A DNA stretch of 64,000 bases, taken from assembly GCF_001194135.2 (NCBI RefSeq), contig NC_068984.1, positions 22,314,183-22,378,182 of the forward strand, in the 5' to 3' direction. The DNA comes from Octopus bimaculoides (taxonomy: Eukaryota). Positions 53,725 to 64,000 of this stretch are shown here, piece after piece. Position numbers and translations under genes: made by a program. Positions within the stretch are counted from its first letter, which is position 1, and every line of letters starts with the position of its first letter. The notes beneath the pieces were generated by a model that was given only the letters and a program-made list of their open reading frames with translations, ran no database searches and was not told the DNA's origin.

Positions 53725-53757
53725 CTGAGGATGACCACAATGAGTTCGAAACGGGTC
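53725..53757 (+). ncRNA. Hammerhead ribozyme motif, degenerate
   Basis: CUGAGGA-U-GACcacaaugaGUUC-GAAA-C GG G-UC; the core letters are intact but stem I does not pair in the genomic sequence. Confidence 0.5.
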
Positions 53758-53789
53758 ACTTCATCATGTTGCGTTTCCTTTTTCGTTCT

Positions 53790-53932
53790 CTCCATTGTTT
53801 CCCTCTCAATCCTTCCTGCCGAAGGGCGTAGGCTCGAAACGCCAAAGACTTTCCATTCTTCCCGAGCGTCAAACTAATATACCTGCTTGTTGCACCCTCA
53901 CCTGTCTTCTCTTTTTGTTTTCTATAAATTTG
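53790..53932 (+). mobile_element. Second Penelope pLTR-like segment with a degenerate minimal hammerhead (53811-53848)
   Basis: CUGCCGA-A-GGGC guag GCUC-GAAAC-GCC-aaaga: a 4-bp stem II with core changes; its 3' part cacctgtcttc..ttttgttt recurs inverted at 54460-54500. Confidence 0.6.
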
Positions 53933-54318
53933 TTATATATATATATATATAAAACATTCTTTGGGCAACTACATATATATATATGTAACTTTCTTTGAAC
54001 AATTATATATGTACAGTGTCTTCCAGATAATCTGAGACCGTATAAAAGAAATCATATTCTCATATCAAAAGTGACTGCATGACTTAAAATGACTAATAGA
54101 ACCTTAAATATTATTACCTAAGCATTTTTGATTTTTTTTTTAGATTCTTTTCAGTTCCCTGCGAACATCTCATGAGGGGGATTGATTCTTCGCTCAAGAA
54201 ATTTGAAGCGACGTGAAACCAGCACACTGTTAGTTAGTATATATAATTCTAAACATATGTGGTGTGTGCTACTTCCTTCGGCCTGTTTACTTTTCCGTAC
54301 CATACACAAACACACACT

Positions 54319-54373
<55 letters not shown>

Positions 54374-54949
54374 GCATGCATGCAAGCACGCACACATATA
54401 TATATATAGATATGTATGTATGTATATATATATATATATGTATATAGAGAGAAGTCACAAAAAAACAAAAGACGAAGACAGGTGGTGTAGACAACAAACA
54501 AAATGGGTGTGTGTGTGTCTGTGTGTATGTGTGTGGGGGGCTATATATATGTTTATATATACAAGTGCATGCACATACATGCATTCATACATACATATAT
54601 ACATACATAAGAGAAAGTGAAAGTGCACCTGTACTGTTTAAAAAGATTTATGTTCAGTTACCTAATCGGTTCCATGATTTAATGATTTTCAAAAGTAATG
54701 TATTATAGAACACCTTAAACTCTACCGAATCTTTCTCGCCTCTAACGGAGTTTGAAAATTTACTCCTTTTTATGGAGAGATTATGGCTCGAATTATTTGA
54801 AGTTAGTCACGTGTGGCAGGGATAGGAAATGCGTGTTATGTTCGCGTATTTGCTGAGATGACAGTATGGACGATAATTACTCCAACTATCAAGGCTGTGT
54901 TAATCCGGTGAATATTTTAGGTAATACTATAAGCGATAGGTTATCAGAA

Positions 54950-55870
54950 TAGCAAAAAATTCGGAAATAGCTTATTATTTGTAAGCGGATATTATTAAGA
55001 ATTCTAACTGGTTGCTTATGTATTTATGAGTAAGAAGTGAAACTTCAATACTATAATGTCTCTTCGATATGTTATAAATTATTCAATCGTTATATATTTA
55101 CTTTGATAAGAATAGTTTCTTTATTTGCCCGTATTTGTCCTACAGTCTTGTCAGAACTAAGGTAAAGAAGGAAGATAGACATTTGGTGATACGTTTGTCG
55201 CATATTAGTCTAATTAATACTGAGTCTCTTTCCTAAGGTAATTTCCGTTTGGCTGATGTACACTTCATTACAAGATTACGTTTAAGGGCATAAACGAAAA
55301 CGCTTGTTATTAACGAGAAGTAAAGGTATTCACTGAAAGCATCTCCGTATTTAAATTTATGTTCCCTCGGTAAGGTTGATGCAAGCCTCACACTTAGAGC
55401 AACGGCAGTGTTAGACTATTTGTGTTTATATTTCAGTAGATAATGTGGATCTTGTGTGTTTTGCTTGTGTATTTCCAGTGATGTTTTCATTTTTTGGTCA
55501 TACATATATAATGTTTTAGTATTCTTTTGTAGGATAAACTTAATTCATCAGTAATTAGTCTTTTTCTATTCGATCTGTGATTTCGTAGGGGAAGTTTTCA
55601 AATCAGAATTCTATGATTTCTAGATCATTGTCGTGTGGGATAGCAATATATAGAGTTACTAGATCAAATAACACAATAATAGTGATTTTATTAACATTTT
55701 GCAAGGTGGTTTAACTGATCCAATGATTGCGATTAGTTTCAACATCATGTCTACCAACTTGCTGAGACTCGGTGTTTGACATATTAGGTCACTAATGTTG
55801 GTCTTAAGGCCGTCTGCGGTATTGTATATTGAGCCATTTTGAAATTGGTTTTTACTGGCGTTCAGATCCC
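54950..55870 (-). mobile_element. Penelope-like element remnant: RT fragment joined to a GIY-YIG fragment (internal deletion)
   Basis: Minus frames LKTNISDLICQTPSLSKLVDMMLK, VLFDLVTLYIAIPHDNDLEIIEF*FE (FDV-SLY-NIPH motif), HCRCSKCEACINLTEG, VYALK and YISQTEITLGKRL. Confidence 0.75.
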
Positions 55871-55999
55871 TTTACCGAACACTATCTTTGAAAGTCACAA
55901 AAATGGGAAACTGTTTAAGAAAACGGAAATAATTTTTTTAGAAAATTAAGTACACCAGCAGGACCCGTGAATATATTACGGAATTAATGGTAAACCTAT

Positions 56000-56268
56000 T
56001 TGGTTATTTCTGAAAAAAGAAACACATGATGATAACCTAATAGGATATTTCTGAAAAGTTTATTCACCGTAACCTGCGCTGTGTCTGTATGAAAAGAGTG
56101 AAAGCGCAGCATGCATAGTGTCTGTATGAAAACACTGAATTACGTAATGGTGCTGTTTTCTCACATCTGAACAAAATATACTATAAAGTCGACAAAATTT
56201 AAAAAAACAATGTACATGCACGAAATTAAACATCTAAATTTGTGACAATTTACCCATCGCACCCTGTA
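56000..56268. mobile_element. Possible Tc1/mariner-type element end
   Basis: Ends ...CACCCTG|TA into (TA)n, i.e. a TA-CAGGGTG terminus on the minus strand; no partner TIR was found. Confidence 0.3.
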
Positions 56269-56348
56269 TATATATATATACTACTACTACGACTACTACT
56301 GCTACTACTACTACAATACAATACAATACAATAAAATCCTTTTCTGGC

Positions 56349-57198
56349 GAAATAAAGCACCGTAAAGGTAGAATATAAATAGGAAATAGTAGCACAACAA
56401 GGTTCTAGTTTGTGCTGGAAATAACAGTAGATAATCGTTCGACGCTAGGTAAAGCTTCACTGAATATATAGAGACAAAGATGTGTACCGGCGGCGAATAT
56501 AAAAAAATTTTCGTCTTACCTCTAGGAAGAAGCCAGAGGAATGAATTACCTAGTATTCGAGGCTTGAACTTTTCAGAATACGTTTGTAATCGTAAAACTG
56601 ATTGGTCCTCGTCAGCTGGGTGCACCGAAGAGACTAAATTTAAAATATCGTCTACATCAATGCCTGTATTCTTAGCCAATAGCTCCAACCATAAACAGAA
56701 CCGAGATTAGCAAAACATTTTATACAAAAATATAAATATTATTACAAAAACTGGTACCTTGTTGTGCCACTATTTCCTATTTATAATTCTACCTTTACGG
56801 TACTTTATTTCACTGGAAATTAATATTATTGTACTGTAATAATATTTATATTTTTATATATAACTTTTTCACTGATCTCGGTTCTGTCTATGGTTGGAGT
56901 TATTGACCGAGTATACAAGCATTGATGAAGCGGATATTTTAAATTTAGTCTCTTCTGTGGACCTAGCTGACGAGGACCAATCAGTTTTACGATAACAAAC
57001 ATATTCTGCAAAGTTAGAACCTCGAGTATCAGGTTGTCCATTTCTTTGGCGTTCTTCCTATAGGTAAGACGAAAATTCTTTATATTCGCCGCCCACACAC
57101 ATCTTTACCTCTATACATTCAGTAAAGCTTTACCTAGTGTCGAACGATTATTGACTACTATTTCCAACAAAAATTGGTACCTTGTTGTGCCACTATTT

Positions 57199-57203
<5 letters not shown>
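56349..57203. repeat. ~850-bp inverted-repeat complex from an unclassified mobile element
   Basis: 56349-56748 is the diverged reverse complement of 56835-57203; the ~60-bp terminal segment also occurs at 56752-56811. Confidence 0.85.
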
Positions 57204-57245
<42 letters not shown>

Positions 57246-58702
57246 ACGCAAGTATTTATCGACACACACGTATGCATATACATAATGCATATATATGTGT
57301 GGCCATGTTCGTATGTATATGTATCTGTTTTGGTATGCATATTTCTATTCCAGACTGAAGTATGAAATGTTTCTCACATCAGCAAGGTGATGAAAAACAT
57401 AATTATTTGTTATTTTCAAATATTTACATTATTTATTTATTTACTGACGGCTGCATTGCTTAACATGATGCCATCTAAACTCGAGAATATCAATAATAAA
57501 AGTATATCGAATCAACTATAAACAAAATATAATAATAATAACCTAGAAAACAAAAAGAACAACTGTCAAACTCATAACAAACAACTTTAGTGAATATTAA
57601 AACGAACAGGCTTCAGATGTAACTACCACGCTCTCACCAAAATATTACGAGCGCGCACGCAAATACACACACGCACACACACACACACACACACACGCAG
57701 AAACGCATTCATATATATATTTACACTCATTCATAAACGCACACACCCACATATAAACTGCCATGGTATTTTAAAAAATGATTTTTTAATGTAAAATTTT
57801 AATAACTGTGTTTCAATATAAATTGTCTATATATTTTATATTTGATACAGATACTGGTCGAGTACCAAGTAAATGTGATTGATATCAATATATATATATA
57901 AACGAATTTAAATGTAAAACAATGATATAAAAATTAAATCATTTTCTACCCACCGTGATAATGGCTTATCTGGTACTGGTTTCGACGCTCCCCAGTCAAA
58001 TGAAACTTTAAGGAATACAAGAAAAGGAAAGCCGAAATACCTTAATATTGCGTTAGTTAACGTGTAAAGTTCTTCCGTTCTTCACATTCAGAAATAGAAG
58101 TTATCACATGCACCTCTTCTCCATCAAACATCAGGCGTTAGGTGTCGAAGTAATGGAAGGTCAACGTGAAATGAAATGTTTTACTCAAGATCACAGCGCT
58201 TCACTCGGTCAATTGAAACTACGATCCAGTAATCGTGAGTGCAAACACCCAAACCACTAGGCCATGCGTCTTTACTCACTTTCTCTTTACATATATATAT
58301 ATATATATATANNNNNNNNNNNNNNNNNNNNNNNNNNNNNNNNNNNNNNNNNNNNNNNNNNNNNNNNNNNNNNNNNNNNNNNNNNNNNNNNNNNNNNNNN
58401 NNNNNNNNNNNNNNNNNNNNNNNNNNNNNNNNNNNNNNNNNNNNNNNNNNNNNNNNNNNNNNNNNNNNNNNNNNNNNNNNNNNNNNNNNNNNNNNNNNNN
58501 NNNNNNNNNNNNNNNNNNNNNNNNNNNNNNNNNNNNNNNNNNNNNNNNNNNNNNNNNNNNNNNNNNNNNNNNNNNNNNNNNNNNNNNNNNNNNNNNNNNN
58601 NNNNNNNNNNNNNNNNNNNNNNNNNNNNNNNNNNNNNNNNNNNNNNNNNNNNNNNNNNNNNNNNNNNNNNNNNNNNNNNNNTATATATATACGTATAGGC
58701 AC

Positions 58703-58830
58703 AGAAGTGGCTATGTGTTAGGCTGCTTGCTTACCAACCACAGGGTTCCGGGTCCAGTCTTACTGCGTGGCACCTTGGTACTATAGCTTCGGGCCGACCA
58801 AGGCCTTGTCAATGGATATGTGTGTGTGTG
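58703..58830 (+). mobile_element. SINE family B head, deleted copy
   Basis: cagaagtggctatgtgttagg...cttaccaaccacagggttccgggtccagt...ctatagcttcgggccgaccaaggccttg. Confidence 0.8.
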
Positions 58831-58974
58831 TGTGTGTGTATGTGTGTGTGTGTGTATGCATGCATATACTAAGAAATTAAATAAGTTTCTTCTAGCATTG
58901 GCCCAGACCATGCCTAACTTAATATCACCACCTGTAAAAGACATTTAAACGTGTTTCATATTAGTTTTTCTTTG

Positions 58975-59625
58975 GTTACTATAGCCCATTCGAGGAGGGA
59001 GTTTTTTGTTTCAGAGATATACCGGGGGTGGGTAGTTTATTCGGAATTCGTTTGAGATATTCTTCTGGGAACCGTTTGAATATTGGGGTATCTTTTTGTC
59101 TTGTTATGAAGTTAAACAGAGCCGGGCCAGTTGAGATTAAATAGTCCTGTCTTATTATTGTGATGTGACGCGAATATGATTTTTGTAGAGGACGGGTAGC
59201 ACGGGGACCACGCACCGGGTGAATTTTAAAGTTGAGCCAACATTATTTTGGCAGTGCTGTTGGAATATTTTCCACATCATATAGCGCTCACAGCGACGTT
59301 GGAGGGAATAAATGTTGGGTCTCTCGAGACGTTCTCAAATATCAAGGCCTGTCATGCCGAATATTTTCCTTGTGCTCGATCTCCGCAGTGCTTCAATTTT
59401 TTGTAATATTCTCTGTCAGGTAGGAAGACCATAGCAGACGACAGTATTCAAGGTGAGGACGGGCAAAGGTGGAGAAGGGAAGGATAATGTTATGGGCGTC
59501 TCTAGAACGAATATTACTGAGGATCTAGGGGTACGCTTTGCGGCCATGTCGACTTTGTTGTTTATATGGGCACTCCAGCTTAAGTTACCGAAAATTACAA
59601 TTATTTGTTGTCATAAATTATTATA
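58975..59625 (-). mobile_element. CR1-clade LINE 3' fragment, a different subfamily from 7600-8460
   Basis: Minus frames NLSWSAHINNKV, RPHLEYCRLLWS, ERL...YSLQRRCERY, STGPALFN, IPNKLPTPG. Confidence 0.8.
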
Positions 59626-60278
59626 CAAACAAGCACAAGGCCACAAAATTCCAGGAGAAGGAAATGAGTTCGTATAAGGTTTTTGATTTGTCTCAAACAC
59701 ATTTACAAGATATGGGGAATGAATTCATTTCGATTTCAAATCAAAGCAGACACATAGAACCAGGTCGCAGATTTGTCTGAGCCCGGACTAGTAAAGGTAT
59801 GTCCTGCTCTTCTTCTGTCTCTTTCTTTATCTCCCTTTCTCCCCCCCCTCTCTCTCTCTCTCTCGTTAATTATTATATTATATAGCCAATTTACTGATTG
59901 TGTATTTCTGTTACAAGGGAGATAATAACCCTGCAAAAAAGCAATACTGTTCTTTTACTTTAAGGTAAATTTAAGTTTAATGGAATGAAATACTTCATAT
60001 AATATTTATATATTTATTTAATTCAATTTCCTTTCCTTTTTCTTTCAAAATATAAATTCCATAATTTCTCATAATTACTACTATCTGAATTTTATTGAAT
60101 CTCCTCAGTACAGAGTAATTAAGTTTTTATTAATAACATTTTATTATTGCATAATGGAAAGACGGAGAGAGAAAGAAGAAAATATTCCAGCAGAAATAAA
60201 TAAATTATTTATTCGTAACCAGCAGAATCGGTTACCAGCAGAGTCGGTAGCAGTATAAATTTGGACAACAGAAACGAA

Positions 60279-61820
60279 TTAGTTATACAAAATACCATAA
60301 AAGATGAATACTTTTTGTTGTTGTTGGGGTCATTTAAACGTACCTCAGCCTGATCAAACACACATATGAGCAGGAGCTTTGTTTTCAGATATAGTGTATC
60401 TCGAACTGTATAATTCAGTTTTCTTTTTATGAGTATGTAAGGTGTGCTTTGGAAGAGATTCGACTACTGTTTCTCGATGGTGGCTTACCCATCTCTTTAT
60501 TGTCTTATATTTTCGTATGTAAAGCTACTCAAACACAAGCGTCACATTTATATATTTAGTTATACAAAATACCATAAAAGATAGATTCTCGATTCATTGA
60601 AATTATCCTCGTTTTGATAGGTATACAGATGACGAGTCAACTGCGCCCGAGTCTAAATGAAAAGTGGGGATAATCTTAATAATGAAGGATTCTCCGGAAT
60701 TAACATCTTCTGAAAAGGTTTGATTTGTGTTTAAAGCAGAAATGAAGATACCCGTGAATGCGCGCTTCTACATCACTTGCTGTCAGCAGCGGACCAGTTA
60801 TTTTACCTTGATTTCTCCAGATATTAAATATTTAGAACTGTTCGAAACAGGCAGCGAACGTTTATGGCCTAGGATAATTAGCATAATTAAAACAAAATGA
60901 GCTAAGCGGCATAACTCAGTGGGACAACTACAACGAATAAAGTTATACTAAAAAAACATACAAATTTAATTCTTTTTCTTTATATTGAATTATTTTCGAT
61001 TTGAAAGGTTAACCAACGCCTAGTGAGAGTAGCGCTCGATTCTGAGTGAGAAGGTGGGATAATACACATTAAGTGGAGTCTAAAGCTGTTACATACACTC
61101 AATGTGGAATTATTAATTAAACGTCGATGTCAAGGAGGAATTGAAATCGGGTCGTCTTCGATGGCATCTTTAATATGTTTGTATATACCCACGTGTGTGC
61201 CCACACATGTGTATTTTATATCCTCTAACTAAATTGATTTTAACATCTAACACGAGTTAGAAGATAGTTTTCTCAGTCTTAATTTAGACTCTGTATTTTT
61301 CATAATTTTGCCCAAGCAACTCCACGGTGTTCTGAATGCGGTTCCCTTACGTAGCCCTTCGGTAAAGTGTCTTCTGCCATGGTCTCTGGTTTACTAATAC
61401 TTTGTAATTGAAATATGGCAGGTAGAAACTGTGCAGAAACCATCGAAATATGATGAAATGGTCATTGTTGGAAGGCACATGATCGTAGTTGGTTCGATTT
61501 GCCTTGACATATATTACTTTCGTATAAAAGTTTTGCAGAAACTTCCCTGAAACTATACATTGTACTTTTTGTTGTTGTTGTTGGGGTTATTTAAACGTAC
61601 CTCAGCCTGATCAAACACACATATGAGCAGGAGCTTTGTTTTGAGATATATTGTATCTCGAACTGTATAATTCAGTTTTCTTTTTATGTGTATGTAAGAT
61701 GTGCTTTGGAAGAGATTCGACTACTGTTTCTCGATAGTAGCTTACCCACATAGTCTCTTTATTGTCTCATATTTTCGTATGTAAAGCTACTCAAACACAA
61801 GCATCTCCTTTATATATTTA
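60279..61820. repeat. Local ~250-bp duplication (60309-60558 and 61563-61820); the first copy is bracketed by 27-bp direct repeats
   Basis: Near-identical text in both copies; ttagttatacaaaataccataaaagat at 60279-60305 and 60556-60582. Confidence 0.9.
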
Positions 61821-63531
61821 TGCATGAATAAGACTTTATTTTTAAACCATGTAACTTGCTTAAATATTTACATGTTATAAAGACCTCTAACAAGCAAACA
61901 TACACACATGTACACACACATATTCACGCTTGCAAACAAAGAGAATGTCAATATCTTAGACGCACCAACAGGGTGCACATTTATCACACATACATATGCA
62001 CGCAAACATTAATCCACCCCCAAACAAACTCACACATCTATCATACACATTTATCTCAAACAGACAGATGTATATAGACCGATATATATTTTAAACTTTT
62101 CAGTAAGTTAATCATAAATATTCATTTCTATCGATGTTATTTACCAAGAGAATTGTAGTAAACGTCGTTGAAATTATCTTAGGAATAAAGAAAACGAAAT
62201 TGTCTCCCGGAATTATCAAAAAGGAAACGCAATTCTTCTCAATTCTTTAAGTTATTTTTTTATCCAGTGCCACTTCCATTATTCATTCCTGTTATGTTCT
62301 TCCCACTTTTTTTTTTTGCACAAATTAAATAAATTACATTATTGAGAGTCATTGCCAAATGGTAAGAATTTAACTTATAGAGGTAGATATTTCATGTAGT
62401 TTCACTTGTATATACTATTAGTGGCTTATTTCGCAACATCTTTATTAAAAATAGACGTAAGTTTACAGGACATTGACACAGACAACCAAGAACATAAGAA
62501 AAGTAGAATTTGGGTGAAAAAGTCATGCTTCTCAGCGCAGGACATCTGTCTGGAGTGTTCGTATTCCACAGAGCGGGTTATAAATTTGCACGTGCCGGTG
62601 CCAAAAAGCAGCTGTGACCTAATCATCACCCGCGAAGGAGTATAATGCAGCCAAGGATGATTAAAGTTTGGTGAAGAATACTTTTAACGATTTTGTCTGA
62701 GAAAAAGACGAAGGCTTGATGCAGTATCCAAGGAAGAATATTATAGTATGACTGATGATGTACAGAAAGTTAACTTTCTTCAAGGGTAAACCATAAACAA
62801 GTGTAGTTGGCACGATAATCTTTTTAGGTCACCTTCAAAATGTCTAATATCATTTTCCGTTGATAAGATTAGAGCAATCCTAATTAGTAAAACATACTCA
62901 ATGACAGAGAAGCTCATGTATATTTGAAGATCATGGTTTCATCAAGTAAGCAATACGATAGAACACTCCACAAAAATAAAAAAAAGATTAACTCATTTTC
63001 CATACATGAACATTTTAGTGATTAGATATGAGATCATTATGTCAGACCAAAACCCAGGAGTTTATGTTTGCAAAATAAAATTCTGTGGGTGAATTGTGAT
63101 TTATAACCGATTTGCAGCTCAGTTTGCAATGCGATATAAATCATGATTCTGTTGCCACATGGCAACACCAACAGAGAAGCCAGTAGTAATGGACAGAGTA
63201 TCGCTAGCGTTAGATGAAACCCGTCAATGTATGTTAAAAGGAAACAAAATATCTGGCGCACTACGAGTACGAATGAGTAATGTCATTAATAAGTAAATTG
63301 AATGCGTATGGAGCTATCGCCCTTCCCTGAGATACACAAACTGGGCTAATATATTAATCATAGCACGCATTGTTGACTTTCACTATATGTTCCTAAAAGA
63401 ATGTTGCCTAAGCATTTAAAAAGATAATTGCCGATCCATAGAGAAGTTCTTGTAAAATAACTGTATAGAGTACAGTATCAAAAGCTATAGCCGAATCAAG
63501 AAAAAAAATGCAAAAGATTTTACATTCAAGG

Positions 63532-63889
63532 TGGCACTCCGTCGGTTACGACGACGAGGGTTCCAGTTGATCCGATCAACGGAATACCCTGCTCGTGAAA
63601 TTAACGCGCAAGTGGCTGAGCACTCCACAGCCACGTGTACCCTTAACGTAGTTCCCGACGAGATTCAGCGTGACACAGAATGTGACAAGGCTGGCCCTTT
63701 GAAATACAGGTACAACAGAAACAGGAAGAAAGTGTGTGAGAAAAGGGTTTTCCACCATCCCGTGCCGGATTCTCGTGGAGCTTTAGGTGTTTTCGCTCAA
63801 TTAACACTCATAACGCCCGGTCTGGGAATGGAAACTGCGATCCTACGACCCCGAGTCCGCTGCCCTACCCACTGGGTCATTGCGCCTCC
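63532..63889 (-). mobile_element. SINE family C, long variant, well preserved
   Basis: Minus-strand tRNA-like head ggaggcgcaatgacccagtggg...gcagtttccattccc; body matches 2313-2480. The 124-aa ORF at 63531-63905 is its antisense frame. Confidence 0.85.
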
Positions 63890-63939
63890 AAGACATTCAA
63901 GGTAGAACATTGTTAGCCGTAGATTTGGCTGTTTGAGCA

Positions 63940-63986
<47 letters not shown>

Positions 63987-64000
63987 TCTCTCTCTCTCCC

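Larger units (their letters stand above)
53382..53760. mobile_element. Inverted pair of Penelope pLTR-like units (53382-53526 minus; 53586-53760 plus)
   Basis: The reverse complement of the left unit aligns with the right unit at cttatag(a)gattttct, atttgc-tgt--caag-tcagtgac-gtgtg, atc-tt-gc-gac and tcca; each unit ends in a hammerhead-like core. Confidence 0.75.

Noticed and set aside
60783-60797. TCAGCA-gc-GGACCAG resembling a REST/NRSE site
   Set aside because: Partial match only, and REST is not established in molluscs.
63029-63048. bantam-like string tgagatcatt
   Set aside because: Only 10 nt match and there is no complementary arm for a precursor.

Overview
AT-rich, microsatellite-dense eukaryotic DNA with seven short N gaps, nearly all next to (TA)n or (CA)n runs. 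The SINE families and repeat landscape suggest a coleoid cephalopod, probably Octopus (inference). I found no intact multi-exon protein gene, rRNA, true tRNA or CRISPR array, and almost all listed ORFs are microsatellite, N-run or antisense artefacts. The window is mostly transposable-element debris: three or four tRNA-derived SINE families, two CR1-clade LINE 3' fragments, two nested R4/Dong-clade RLE LINEs bounded by (TAA)n, a Hero-like RLE 3' end, RT remnants, a long-TIR Tc1 element nested in a SINE, a TTAA-flanked piggyBac-type MITE, and a Penelope-like cluster at 53.1-55.9 kb with inverted pLTR-like units carrying three degenerate hammerhead-ribozyme motifs. Possible host-derived signals are a CpG-rich promoter-like motif cluster at about 13.2-13.4 kb, a bZIP/HRE motif cluster at 25.1-25.3 kb and a candidate 117-nt exon at 29981-30097. 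The most notable structures are the hammerhead-bearing inverted pLTR pair, a Dong-like element inserted in the zinc-knuckle codons of another Dong-like element, a 173-bp near-perfect hairpin, an ~850-bp inverted-repeat complex and a locally duplicated segment flanked by 27-bp direct repeats.
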